Positions 50,601 to 61,596 of a DNA stretch of 64,000 nt are shown here, in pieces (positions within the stretch are counted from its first letter, which is position 1; every line of letters starts with the position of its first letter). The position numbers and the translations under genes are program-made. The notes under the pieces are model-generated. The model was not told the origin of the DNA. It did no database searches and saw nothing but the letters and a program-made list of their open reading frames with translations. Origin of the DNA: Sphyrna mokarran (taxonomy: Eukaryota); the NCBI GenBank assembly GCA_024679065.1, contig JAGIQG010000009.1, positions 102,424,001 to 102,488,000 on the forward strand, read 5' to 3'.

Positions 50601-53600
50601 AATTGTCCCTTAGTGCCCAGGGATGTGCCGGTTAGGTGGATTGGCCGTGTTAAATTGTCCCTTAGGTACAGGGGATTAGGCAGCGTACGTGGATTACAGG
50701 GATAGGGGCTGTTGGGTGGGAGTGTTGTTGGTGCAGGCTTGATGGGCCATATGCCTTATTCTGCACTGTAGGGATTCTACTTGGTACGATTTGTTATCTC
50801 TTATTATAATAAAACAACTAGCCAGGACATTGTGCTTTTAGCATTCTGGACACAGCTTGAAGTATGCATCATAAAGTCACGCATTCTCTGCCTTTGGTTT
50901 CCAATTGCCAACTCTAATTATCTGAAAATTATGGGCATCTTTGTGTAATTTTCAAACTTCACTGCTGAGATGATAACTCCCATTGCACTTTACTGCTGAG
51001 ATGATAACTCCCATTGCAAATTTCTTTTGCGCTTTGAAAATAAAAACCTCGCATAAAATCTTTAACTTATCCCCATTTGTAACTGGTCCATCATTGTTGA
51101 TCATTCTATCAGCCCCAGGGACGGCCTCGGGTTATTGTCTGTGCAGAGTCTGCACATTTTCCCTGTACCTGCATGGGTTTCCTCCAGGTGCTCCGGTTTC
51201 CTCCCACAGTCCAAAAGATCTGCAGGTTAGGAGGGTTGGCCATGATGAATTGCCTGTTAGTGTCAGTGTAAATATATGGGGACAGGGTGGGTTTGTTGTT
51301 GGTGCAGGCTTGATGGCCTGAATGGCTTCCTTCTGCACTGTGGAATTCCAGTCTATGACTTGATGGGATTAGATTTGGACTGGTCTGCAAAACAGCTAGT
51401 ATGGACACGATAGATGGAGTTAATGGGGAGGGGGAGCGAGGGAACAGGAATCACTGTTGACAATAGTGGGACCAGTGATCCCATCGCTGGCCAGTAGTGG
51501 GTGGTATCTCCTGCTGCAATACATGCCACGGGGTGGAACAGAACATCTTACTCTATGGAACGAATAGCCTTCTGCACTGTGACCCTCAATACGAAACATT
51601 GGCAATAACAACTGCATAACTTGCTCTCCTGTTCGGACTGTTCCTAGGATGTGACATCTGGAATGAGTTTATTGACCGTGGTTTAATCACTGAACACTCA
51701 CCAGTACGCTTCACAATTTCAGCGATCAGGACGGTTGACATACATATCACAATGATTCCACTCAGTGGAGTAACGATTGGGGTCAGTCGGCAAGCTGGCA
51801 ACAGATAAAAGACAGAATCACAGAGTATGCACACACCCAACAGATGCCCTGGTCCGCCTGCCGAACTTTGAGAAATGTGACTGGTCAAGGACAGCGCAGG
51901 GGCGATTTTCTCAGTTACTGAGTTTGGGATTACTGGGTCATCAGGACTTTGAAGGGCTAGGTTTGTCATGGTCATTTCCGGTGCCTGGGTCAAGTCCAGG
52001 AGTCCGTCCAGTTTCATTTGTTATTGGTTTTCTAACAGTTTGGTACAAAATAATTGGTTGTGTGACCATTTCGGTGGAGTCGTCCATATTGTGGCTCTGG
52101 AGTCACACGTAGGCAAGGACAGCAGATTTCCTTCCCTAAAAGACATTAGTGAACCAGGACAATTGGGAGGAGAGGGCAACAGGCCTCTCACAGTCCATCA
52201 ATGATAGCATTGAATTAAAATTGACAAATAGAAATTCACCCAGCCTCGATTATGGATTCTATCTGACTATCCTGGGACTCAGGTGAACTTCTTTTAATTC
52301 ATTTGTGGGACGTAGGCATCACTGGCCAGCATTTATTTGCCAAAGGGAAGTTGAGAATCAACCACATTGCTGCAGCTTTGAGTCACATGTAGGCCAGAAG
52401 AGATAAGGATGGCAGATTTCCTTCCCGCAGGTCCATTACTGAACCAGATGGGTTTTTCCAACAATGGGTTCGTTGTCATCAGTACATTATTAATTCAAGA
52501 TTGTTTTTATTGAATTCAAATTTCATCATCTGCCATGGCAGGATTTGAACCCAGGTCCCCAAACATTAGCGGAGTTTCTGGATTAATCGTCTAGTGATAA
52601 TATCACTAGGCCATCATCTTCCCAGGTCTAAATGGTCCNNNNNNNNNNNNNNNNNNNNNNNNNNNNNNNNNNNNNNNNNNNNNNNNNNNNNNNNNNNNNN
52701 NNNNNNNNNNNNNNNNNNNNNNNNNNNNNNNNNNNNNNNNNNNNNNNNNNNNNNNNNNNNNNNNNNNNNNNNNNNNNNNNNNNNNNNNNNNNNNNNNNNN
52801 NNAGTGTGTACATATCTGTGTACACATAAATATCTATGTGAATGTATCTGTATGTGCGTGTGTATGTGTGTGTGTGAATATGTATGTGAATGTGTGTGTG
52901 AATGTGTGTGTGAATGTGTGTGTGAAGTGTGTGTCTGTGTAAATGTATCTGTGTGAGTGTGTGATTGAGTGAATGAATGAGTGAGTGAGTGTGTGTCTTC
53001 TAGCCTTGTAGAATCAGAAGACTGTGGGATCAAACTCACTTGAAGACTTGACTGTATATTCTAGGCTAGCACTTCAGTGCAGTAGTGTGCAAGTGTGACT
53101 CTGTCAGCAACACTGTGTTCTGAATGTCAAACTTCGGTTTCTTACTCTCCATCAACTCAATATAACAATCCCAAGGCACTATTTTCAAAGAAGAACGAGA
53201 AAATCTTTCATCATTCAACCTTCAAACATCAAACCAAACTACCCAGTCAGTTACCTCACTGGTGTTTGTGGGACATTGGTTAATCTCAATCTAGCTGATG
53301 TTTCCCACATTATAGCAATGGTTAGATTTCAAGGTCAATTCATTGACAATGAAATGTTTGAGATTCGAAAGGTGCTATACAAATGCAAGTGCTTTTTATA
53401 TAATTTACAGTGCATGGCAGTCTCAGTCTTGTTCAAACTGTACAGAAGGAAGTCATTAATGTAGCCATAACATTCACAAACAGTGTTTCAAACATTTGCA
53501 ATTTCCTGCAGAACTGTTCCTCAAGATAGATCCATTTAAAAAGACAAAAGTAGGAAATAACTTGACAAATCTCATGTTATTTCTGTCAGCCCTTGTCCCC

Positions 53601-56600
53601 AGTTTGTTCAAATAGTAAAATAAAGTGACTTATGTGGTTGAAAAAGGATCATGGACATAGAATCCCTACTGTGTAGAAGGAGACCATTCAGCTCATTGAG
53701 CCTGCACTGACCACCCAGGCCCTTTGTCTGTAACTCCATGTATTTACCCCGCTAATCCCCCGATACTAATGGGATAATTTAGTGTGGCCAATCTACCTAA
53801 TCCACACGTTTGGAGCATGGGTGCAAACCGGAGCACCCGGAGGAAACCCACACAGACACAAGGAGAATATACAGACTCCACACACACACTTAAAGCCCGA
53901 ATCAAACCTGGGTCCCTGACTCCATGCTACTGTGCTACTATGCTACCATTGTATTCAACCAAATACAATTGGTATTATTTGGAAACTCCAGGGTAGAAAT
54001 TTGTCTGTTTTCTATTTCTTGGGCGTGAAATTGCTGCATTATACACAATTTCTCGTTCTGCACCGAATCCACTTCTGGTAGCTAGGCTGCTTTAGTTTTG
54101 GTCCTCTCTGCTTTTAGGCTTCCCAACAGTTGCCTTCAATCAGCAACAGATCAATGTAAAGGCACAAAGAAGGGCCCAGCACTTGCTGCCAGACCCTTCT
54201 GTGAAATATAATTTAAAGAACAAGATTGAATAGGTGCTATGCATTTTCCTTCCAGTTTCTTTCATTATGGCGCACAGCTGTTAGCACTGCTCCCTTACAG
54301 TGCCAGGGACCCACGTTCAGTTCCAGTCTGCGTTGAGGTGGAGATTCCCAAAACCATCAGAAATGATCATATCAATGAAACAGCGTTCAGTTGGAGGTGG
54401 CTGCGGGAAATCAGAAACTGAAGGCCCTTTTGTTGAGGTTGCCTTGAGTTTGTCATCAGGCTCAGATAGCTTGGGTGGCGCAGTGGGTTAGCACTACTGC
54501 CTCACAGTGCCAGGGACCCAGGTTCAATTTCAGGCTCGGCTGATTATCTGCATGGGTTTCTTCCTGGCTTTTCCTCTCACAGTCCAAAGATGTGTAGTTT
54601 AGGGTGATGAGCAGTGTAAACGCACGAGATTATGGGGTTAGAGTGGGGAGTAGGCCTGGGTGAGGTGCTGAATCGGCGTGGATTTGATGGGCCGAATGGC
54701 TTCCTTCTACACTGAGTGAGTGTTTTGAAGGGGCTATGCTGAGTACTGCCTTCCCACACTCAATGGAATTTTACCATCCTGCCTCAGAAATTGTGGCGGG
54801 TGGGACGTGGGCCGTGCAAAGCCCCATTAACCTTACCGGTCTTGGTTAGAGCACAGTGGAAAATCCCACCCAGAGTGTGTTACTCGACTCATCTCCCAAG
54901 ATTAACGGAAAGTCAACAGGTCTGAATCCAAGCCAGTACGTTGAGCAGGCTGTCCCATCGCCTCCTCAACTCCCGCCCCAGCTTAAATCTCCACCTTACC
55001 AATCCTCCACCCACTTCACACCCACTCTCCACTTTAAATGCGCACCGCATCAACTCCCCACCCCCACAACATTACCCGTAAGGGCTTTGATAGTGTGATA
55101 CGAATATGTAACTTGTATCTCAACTTACATTTGAGAATCGTATTTAACACTTTTGAGTCACAGACCTTCATATTACCAGCCAAAAGTAAGGCTCTTATTG
55201 ACAGGAGGCACACAAACACCAACGAGAACACTGTGATTTCAGAAGCTCCTGTTGAAATAAAACAGAACATGAACAGAGTCAGAGACATTCAGAGATTAGA
55301 CACCATTAAATACCATTGTTATTTCATTCACCACTCTGTCTTTCACAAGAACCCCCTAAGAATTCATAGAGGAGTCTATATTTGATAATACATTTTGTTT
55401 TTTTTTTAAAAAAGCCTTTGCAAAGACTCATGACTAAGTTAAAAGCATATAGAGTGACTCAGGGAACAAGTAACAAAAATGGTTAAGAAGCTGCTTAGGT
55501 TGGTAGGAAGAATGAAGATTCACACATGGCTTGGAAAATATTAGTTTAAATAGGATGGAACAGCAAGGGATATAGATAGAAAACCCGTAAAACTAGTGGT
55601 TACCACTGCTCCCTTGCTGCTGCATCTCCACATCATGGCCTCACTGCGCCAGGGTGCCAGGTCCAATTCCAGTTTTGGGTGACTGTCTCTGTGCGGTTTG
55701 TATGTTCTTCCTGTGTCTGCTTGGGTTTCCTCCCACTGTCCAAAGATGTCTAGGTTAGGTGGATTAGCCATGCTAAAATGTCCCTCAGCCTCCAAAGATA
55801 ATCAGGTTAGGTGGATTGGCCATGCTAAATTGTCCCTCAGTTTTCAAAGATGTGCAGGTTAGGTGGATTGGCCATGCTAAATTGTCCCTCAGTTTTCAAA
55901 GATGTGCAGGTTAGGTGGATTGGCCATGCTAAATTGCCCCTTAGTGTCTAAAATTGTGTAAATTAGTCATGGTAAATGCATGGGGTTATGGGGATAGGGC
56001 AGGATAAATGCTCTAAGTGCTTTTTCAGAGGGAGAGTCAGTGCAAACTTGACAGGCCAAATGGCCTTCTTATGCACTTTAGGGATTCTATGGTGCAATAG
56101 TTAAAAATGCGTTTAAACAAAAGTTGGGGCCCATTACAAGGGGAATACTGTTGAAATGATGAGAAGTAACTTCTGTTAAAACTTTGGCTAGACCACGTTT
56201 AGTTCTGCCTAAAAAATGATAGAAGCACTATAAACATACAAAAGAAATTTATAAGAATTATACAAAACTGAAAAGTTATACCTGTGAGGAAAGGTTGGAG
56301 CTCAACTATATCAACTGAGAGGTTATTTATACCTGTGAGGAAAGACTGGTAGAATAAATGTAATGAATGTTTCCACTTGCGGACAAAGTGTGCATCGTCA
56401 ATATAAGATAATCTAATAAGAATTCAAGTGAAACTTTTTTTGCCCAGAAATTGATTCAAAAGTGGATTGGTTACCATATAATGTCTGAGGGGATAACGTG
56501 GATTCAGTTCACCCAAAGCACACGGAGGAGAATGAAATAGAAGGAAGTGCTAAGTGCATAAATTGAAGAGGAAGGAGAAAAGGCTCAGATGCAGCATCAA

Positions 56601-59600
56601 TGCTAGTATGAAAGGGCCGAAGGGCCTGTTTCAATGCTGGAACTCATGTCAATCGTTGAGTACAATATTTCATTGGGGAGCCAATGGGAAACGTTCTCTG
56701 ATCAGGTGTATGGAAAATTTTGGGAAATAAGATTATACAGCTCATCATGCCAGCATTCTTAACTTCAGACCAGACAGAGCTAACAGGACCCACGGAGTGA
56801 TACTGTACAGGACAAGTGCGATAACTCTGTCAAAGCTAACACACAGATTGGCACAGAAAACACATCCCTCGTCCATTGACAGGTTAAGGATGACTTGCAT
56901 TAGTGTCATAGAGCAAGACAGCATGGAAACAGACCCTTTGGCCCAACCAATCCATGCCAACAATGATGCCCTCCCAGCTAATCCCAATTGCCCGCATTTG
57001 GCCCATAACCCTCTATTCCTCTGTCCCTGTTCTTTATCGAGAAGGAGATCAGTCTGAATTGCATTAACTTTTTCCCATTGTCTTTGGCTGGTGTTAGCAC
57101 ATTCCTGCATTGACAGAATATCCGAGACTCGTCTGCAATTGGTTTCTGGGAGAACAGAAGATTGACACTTTGCAGTCTCAATGACTGACAGCATCATACA
57201 GGCAAGCTTACCAATACGTGGCAGCAGTACCTTCTAATTCCCGGTTTTTAATCAAGTATTTTCTTTGGTAAACAAACCTGACTGTTTACCCCACTGACGT
57301 TATGCCCCAGATAATTTTAAACAAAGATCAGGAAAACACAATTTCAAAACTCAAGTGACTGGAAAACCTCAGCAGTTCTTTCATCTGTAAGAAGAGGAAA
57401 GAGCTAATGTTTCAAGTCCAGATGATATTTTATGAAAGCCTAAAGTGACTGATTCACTGTTGTCATGCAAAACAGAGCTGGGTAATCTCAGAAAGGTGCT
57501 GAAAAACATTGCATGACAACACTGCACATATTAAGGGTTAAACTGAGCAACTGGTTGCTTTCTCTTTAAAAATTTCAAAAGAAAATCTTTCAACTATTTC
57601 GTTCATAATCTACTATGCAGAACAGGTCTCGATAATTTCACGCTATTTCTTGTTTTCTTCCCATCTATATTTAAGCATTTGATAGAATTAATTGTCATTT
57701 AGAAAGGCAAGAACCAGTCAGAGATGGTCAGCATGGATTTGTCAAAGGAATGTATTGCCTCACAAACTCGATTGAGGAAGTGACAAGGAGAGTTAATGAA
57801 GGTAGTTAATGCGGTGGATATTGTGTACATGGATCGCAACAAGGTGTTTGACAAGGTCCTACGTGGCTCTAATGAAGGGTTATCCAGAGTCGAAAGTTTG
57901 GCTCCATTCTTTTTCCACAAATGCTGTCAGACCTGCTGAAACTTTCCAGCATTTTCTGCTTTGTCCTACATGATCAAAATAAGTAAAGGCCTATGTGTAA
58001 CAGGGTAATATGGCAAACTACACAAAAGTTGCCTTGGTAACAGGAAACAAAGGGTAATTGTTGATAGCTGCCCTTTTGAATGGAAAATTGTTTCAAGTGT
58101 GGCTCGGTGTTGGGACCTTATTACTTGTGAGGGTGACATGGTGGCACAGTGGTTAGCACTGCTGCCTCACAGCACCAGGGACCCAGATCGATTCCCAGCT
58201 TAGGTGACTATCTGTGCAGAGTATGCATGTTCTTCTCCAATCTGTATGCATTTTCTCAGGGTGTTCCAGTTTCCTCCCACAGTCCGAAAGATATGCTGGT
58301 TAGAGCACACTGGCCATGCTAAATTCTCTCCCAGTGTACCCGAACAGGCGCCAAAGTGTGGCGACTAGGGAATTGTCACAGTAACAGTGTTAATATAAGT
58401 CCACTTGTGACACTAATAAATAAGCTTAAAACTTAAACATACCTTCAACATATATCCAACATCCAAAAGCACCAATAAGAAATTGAAACTGCAGGACGTG
58501 TAATTCAGGTTGAAGAAGCAGAACAGCTGGAACAAAAAGAGAATTCATTTCAATGTTGGTTGAGAAAGAAATAATCTCACATCCTACAAAGAAACAGAAT
58601 TCAGTTTTAAACAATAGAAATGTCTGTGTTTCAGACATGAAAATAAGTGTTTCATTGGGTCTGTATTATTAAACTATAATATTTTAAAACTTCCAGCATT
58701 AAAGTTGCAAAACTCAAAAAAAAAAGTGTTCTTACGTATTGTTTTGGGTCCAAAGAAGAACAAAATTAAATTTAAAGCCAAGGCAGCCACAGCAGTGATG
58801 AGTGCAGCAATGGAGAATACCTCTGCATAACGGTGCAATGGTGCCACAGCTACAATAGAAAGTTTAAAAGTTTATTTATTATTAGTGTCTCAAATAGACT
58901 TACATTAACACTATAATGAAGTTACTGTGATAATCCTCTAGTTGCCACACTCCAGCACCTGTTCCAGTACACCAAAGGAGAATTTAGCAACTAACCAGCA
59001 CATCTTTTGAACTGTGGGAGGAAACCCACGCAAGCATGGAAGAAAGTGCAGATAGTGACCCAAGCTGGGAATCGAACCCAGGTCTCTGGTACTGTGAGGC
59101 ACCAATGCTGACCATGGTTAGCACCCACAAAGTTTATTTCAAATGTATACTACTTTAAATCTGTTAACAATTGCAAAAAGTGTCTTCTTTATCTTAAAAT
59201 GTATTTATCGACATTCTTGAATGTTGGAAACTAAATATATCCACCAGGCATGCCTACTACTTCAAGGTGAAACACTTATTCTCTATTTTTCCACAACAGT
59301 GTACCACAACAATAGAAACATAGAAAATATGAGGAGTAGGCCATTGGGTCTTCGAGCTTACTACGTCATTCATTAAGATTATGCTGATTCTCTATCTCAG
59401 TGCCATTTTCCAGTGCTCTTTGCATCCCCCTTGAAACCTTTAGAGTCTAGAAATCTATTTACTTATTAAATACCTTCAGTGATTTGAAGCCCTACGGCCT
59501 TCTGCAGTAGAGATTTCCACAGGTGCACTGTCCTCTGAATGAAGCAATTTCTCCTCATCTCAGGCCTAATTGACCTACCACATCCTAAGTCTGTGACCCC

Positions 59601-61596
59601 TTATTCTAGACACCCAGAAAATACAACATCCCTACATCCAATCTATCCAATGCTGTCAGAATTTTATACATTTCAATTAGATCCCCTCTCATTCTTCTAA
59701 ATTCCAATGAATACAAGCTTGGTTGACCCAATGTCTCCTCAGTTTGTTTCACTGCATCCTCTTGATAGCAAGTATGTGGCAAGGAGACCAAAACTGCATT
59801 CAATATTCTGAATTTGGTTTCAGCAAGGCCATATGCAGCTGCAATAAGACATCCTTGCTCCTGTACTCAAGTCTTCTTGCGATGAAGATCAACATATCAC
59901 TTGCCTTTCTAACTGCTTTCTGCACTTACATGCTTGCTTTCAGTGGCACCATGGTCAGAGTTGTACCATGTCTCCTATCATGGGAATCGGAGCGGGTGAG
60001 GGGCGAACCATGGAAAGGTCTGTTGACTTTGGGCAGGGTTTTACTGTTTCGGGATGTAAAACCCTGCCCCATGAATATATCAGAATGTAATGTTCCATTT
60101 CCCATATTGGGCAAATTATCAACACTCTTAAAGGGAATGTGAAGTTAAAATTGTGATTTTTCACGTTGGCGCTTTCAGTGTGTCAGGAAATTGCACATGA
60201 CCAGTCTATTCCTCGTCCTATCTCCTACCTTGAAGATATATAACATTATTCCCATAACATCTTTGGAGAGACTGAGTGAAAGGCAAAGTCAATGGAATGT
60301 AGATTCAACTAATGAATGGAATAGACTGACAGGCGTGACTCACTGGAAATGACAAGAGTATAGGAGTGGTTCTTCTTGCTGACGGCGTTCTCCACTGTAC
60401 ATGTGTAGATCCCACAGTCTGACTTGCTGGCTTCAGAAATTATGAGCTTGCTGCTGTTTTGCGCGAACTGATAATGTTGGCCGTTTTTTAATACTTCAAC
60501 ATCTTTCCTCCACAAAATGGATCTCGCTTTCCCCATGGACACTCGATAGGTCAGCTCAATGGTGCTATCCACGTAGATAGCATTGATCAATGGTTCTGAT
60601 AGTGCCTCTGTGGGGAGAGAAAATGTTCAGATAAACAGGTCTGAGTATGTAGATACCATTGTTACAAGTTACAATGGTGTAGTTAACTAAAAAGAGTTGT
60701 GACCTTCACAGATGCATCAGAGTACCCACAACCCTAAACTGATTCTGTAATCCGGTCACTTAACTCCATCATCTCCTACTTCACCCATCACCCTTCTAAC
60801 TCCCAGACTCTATTAATCTAATGGTCAATGTACTGCCTCGCATCCCCCATTCTTTAACTCATCTAAAATTCTGCTGCCTGTTTTGTATCCTGTACCATGT
60901 CCCAGCCACTCCTGTCCTCACTGCCCTGCACTGTGTCCTCTCTATCAATTGTCGAAATGTAAAATTCTTGCCTCATGTCAAAATCCTATTTTTATTTTAC
61001 TCTTTGTATTTCTGTAAACTATTCCAATTCTTCAAAACTACTCCTTCCACCTCCCTGCCTCTCCCACAAAAATCTCCATTCCTTCCACAAAAATCTCCAT
61101 TCCTCCCACTCTGGTCTTTGTTGCATTCCATCAGTGGCGGCCACTGTCTTTGGAATTATTCCTTTGGCAGAATAGGCATGTGAGGGCCTGTTCCCAGTCC
61201 TATCTTATGACAAGAGTTCTCAAGTGGAAAACAATCCATGTGATGAAAAGTCTGTCAGTTTCAAAATGTCGAATTGTTGAAAGCACTTACCGATAAGGTT
61301 CAAATCAGTACTTCTTATCAATTTACCCTCTACGTTGATGGAATAAACTCCTTGGTCACTAGGCTTTAAATGGTTTAATCTCAATGACCCAGTGGATGAA
61401 CTGAAGAGTAAACGAGATTTGAAGTGCTTATTTGGTTTCTTGATTGGGTGATTTGGCATGTAATCCAAAATGGTAACCAGGTTCCCATCAGCGCCAGTGA
61501 ACGTCCACACAACTTCACTCTTACTGAGGTCAACTCCATATCCTGGGTCCAATAAAACTGATGAACCAATGGCAGCAAACATTTCATTTCTTCCAG
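44603..61596 (-). CDS. Spliced gene (10 coding exons in window): IgV + IgC2 + five transmembrane helices + short cytoplasmic tail; CD2/SLAM-like ectodomain on a CD47-like membrane domain; possibly a decaying paralog
   Basis: Join on minus strand 61596-61291, 60607-60344, 58849-58736, 58526-58443, 55248-55129, 51794-51702, 47903-47802, 46766-46687, 44792-44748, 44623-44603. All introns are GT-AG with matching phases (1,1,1,1,1,1,1,0,0), giving one open frame of about 409 aa ending in TGA. No start/leader exon found in window. Confidence 0.85.
44748..44792 (-). CDS. Exon: cytoplasmic tail 2
   Basis: Long pyrimidine tract ending in atypical gag acceptor, donor GAG|gtaaat, 45 bp, phase 0-0. ELKEPLLKATTTDEE. 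Confidence 0.65.
45550..46236 (+). mobile_element. Rex1/Babar-type LINE 3' portion
   Basis: Homologous to 16820-17630; runs into pentanucleotide tail. Confidence 0.8.
46237..46430 (+). repeat. (TCAAA/TCAAT)n microsatellite expanded from the LINE tail
   Basis: Mixed pentamer array directly 3' of the Rex/Babar element. Confidence 0.95.
46687..46766 (-). CDS. Exon: cytoplasmic tail 1
   Basis: Acceptor ttctctgttcacatcaacag, donor T|gtaagt, 80 bp, phase 1-0. CKKLNKGTNGTAFTVPSGKDPDECQQF. Basic stop-transfer residues directly follow TM5. Confidence 0.82.
47080..47396 (+). mobile_element. Tx1-like 3'UTR/poly(A) remnant
   Basis: Ends tttatgaataaa...tttgaaattaaaaaaaa like the 40181-40886 element. 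Confidence 0.5.
47802..47903 (-). CDS. Exon: extracellular Cys loop plus transmembrane helix 5
   Basis: Acceptor ttatccattacag, donor T|gtaagt, 102 bp, phase 1-1. GKGCEPAANLQGTIVASLGILFVSFLIAFVLHII. Not shown in the ORF track. Confidence 0.88.
48200..48457 (+). repeat. ~52-bp tandem repeat inside a V-SINE
   Basis: About five copies of gatgtg..gttaggtggattggccatgctaaattgtcccttagtgtccaaa; continues at 50569 after a LINE insertion. Confidence 0.85.
48458..50281 (-). mobile_element. CR1/HER1-type LINE, 5'-truncated RT region with frameshifts
   Basis: DKSPGPDGI, NYRPVSL, QHGFVKGRSCLTNL, YMDFSKAFDKVPH, SGVPQGSVLGP, KFADDTK, RLHLEYCVQFWSP; (TTCTATG)-type tail. Confidence 0.95.
50961..51018 (+). 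repeat. 27-bp direct repeat
   Basis: actgctgagatgataactcccattgca at 50961 and 50992. Confidence 0.9.
51702..51794 (-). CDS. Exon: transmembrane helix 4
   Basis: Acceptor ttttatctgttgccag, donor G|gtgagt, 93 bp, phase 1-1. SCRLTPIVTPLSGIIVICMSTVLIAEIVKRT. Confidence 0.87.
52639..52802. other. Assembly gap (run of N)
   Basis: 164 N characters inside the TM3-TM4 intron. Confidence 1.
52803..52996 (+). repeat. (TG)n/(TGAA/TGAG)n simple repeat
   Basis: Degenerate TG array adjoining the gap. Confidence 0.95.
55129..55248 (-). CDS. Exon: transmembrane helix 3 plus cytosolic loop
   Basis: Acceptor ttttatttcaacag, donor T|gtaagt, 120 bp, phase 1-1. GASEITVFSLVFVCLLSIRALLLAGNMKVCDSKVLNTILK. Confidence 0.87.
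55740..55955 (+). repeat. ~52-bp tandem repeat inside a V-SINE
   Basis: About four copies of the same unit. Confidence 0.85.
58443..58526 (-). CDS. Exon: transmembrane helix 2 (more polar)
   Basis: Acceptor ctctttttgttccag, donor AG|gtatgt, 84 bp, phase 1-1. PVLLLQPELHVLQFQFLIGAFGCWIYVE. Confidence 0.85.
58736..58849 (-). CDS. Exon: transmembrane helix 1
   Basis: Acceptor ttctattgtag, donor C|gtaaga, 114 bp, phase 1-1. TVAPLHRYAEVFSIAALITAVAALALNLILFFFGPKTI. Confidence 0.9.
59312..59945 (-). mobile_element. CR1 3' portion, degenerate (intronic)
   Basis: LYSLEFRRMRGDLIEMYKIL; catagaaa tail. Confidence 0.8.
60344..60607 (-). CDS. Exon: Ig C2/I-set domain
   Basis: Acceptor ttttctctccccacag, donor A|gtgagt, 264 bp, phase 1-1. 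EALSEPLI...IELTYRVSMG...ILWRKD...NSSKLIISEASKSDCGIYTCTVENAVSKKNHSYTLVIS. N-glycosylation sequons NSS and NHS. Confidence 0.92.
61291..61596 (-). CDS. Exon: N-terminal Ig V-set domain without the canonical disulfide (CD2/SLAM/CEACAM type)
   Basis: GRNEMFAAIGSSVLLDPG...EVVWTF...FKSRLLFSSSTGSLRLNHLKPSDQGVYSINV...TDLNLI. C-strand Trp and DxGxY motif present, no Cys. Donor G|gtaagt at 61290. Acceptor ambiguous (in-frame gag at 61597 vs out-of-frame aag at 61626). Confidence 0.9.

Larger units (their letters stand above)
50299..52490. repeat. ~260-bp inverted duplication (arms 50299-50564 and 52236-52490)
   Basis: Shares SINE-diagnostic variants plus ~60 bp of unique flank in reverse complement. 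Confidence 0.9.

Noticed and set aside
51552-51658. Apparent exon just downstream of TM4 with donor gtaaga
   Set aside because: Intron would be only about 40-75 bp, and the 3' part resembles an antisense SINE tail.
56745-57230. Hydrophobic stretch VIALVLYSITPWVLLAL and nearby acceptor/donor-like sites
   Set aside because: Phases do not fit the phase-1 exon chain and the ORF crosses a repeat tail; cannot be supported without transcripts.
61291-61596. Assigning a gene symbol such as CD47, CD2, SLAMF or HEPACAM
   Set aside because: Only architectural resemblance is visible; orthology cannot be established without searches.
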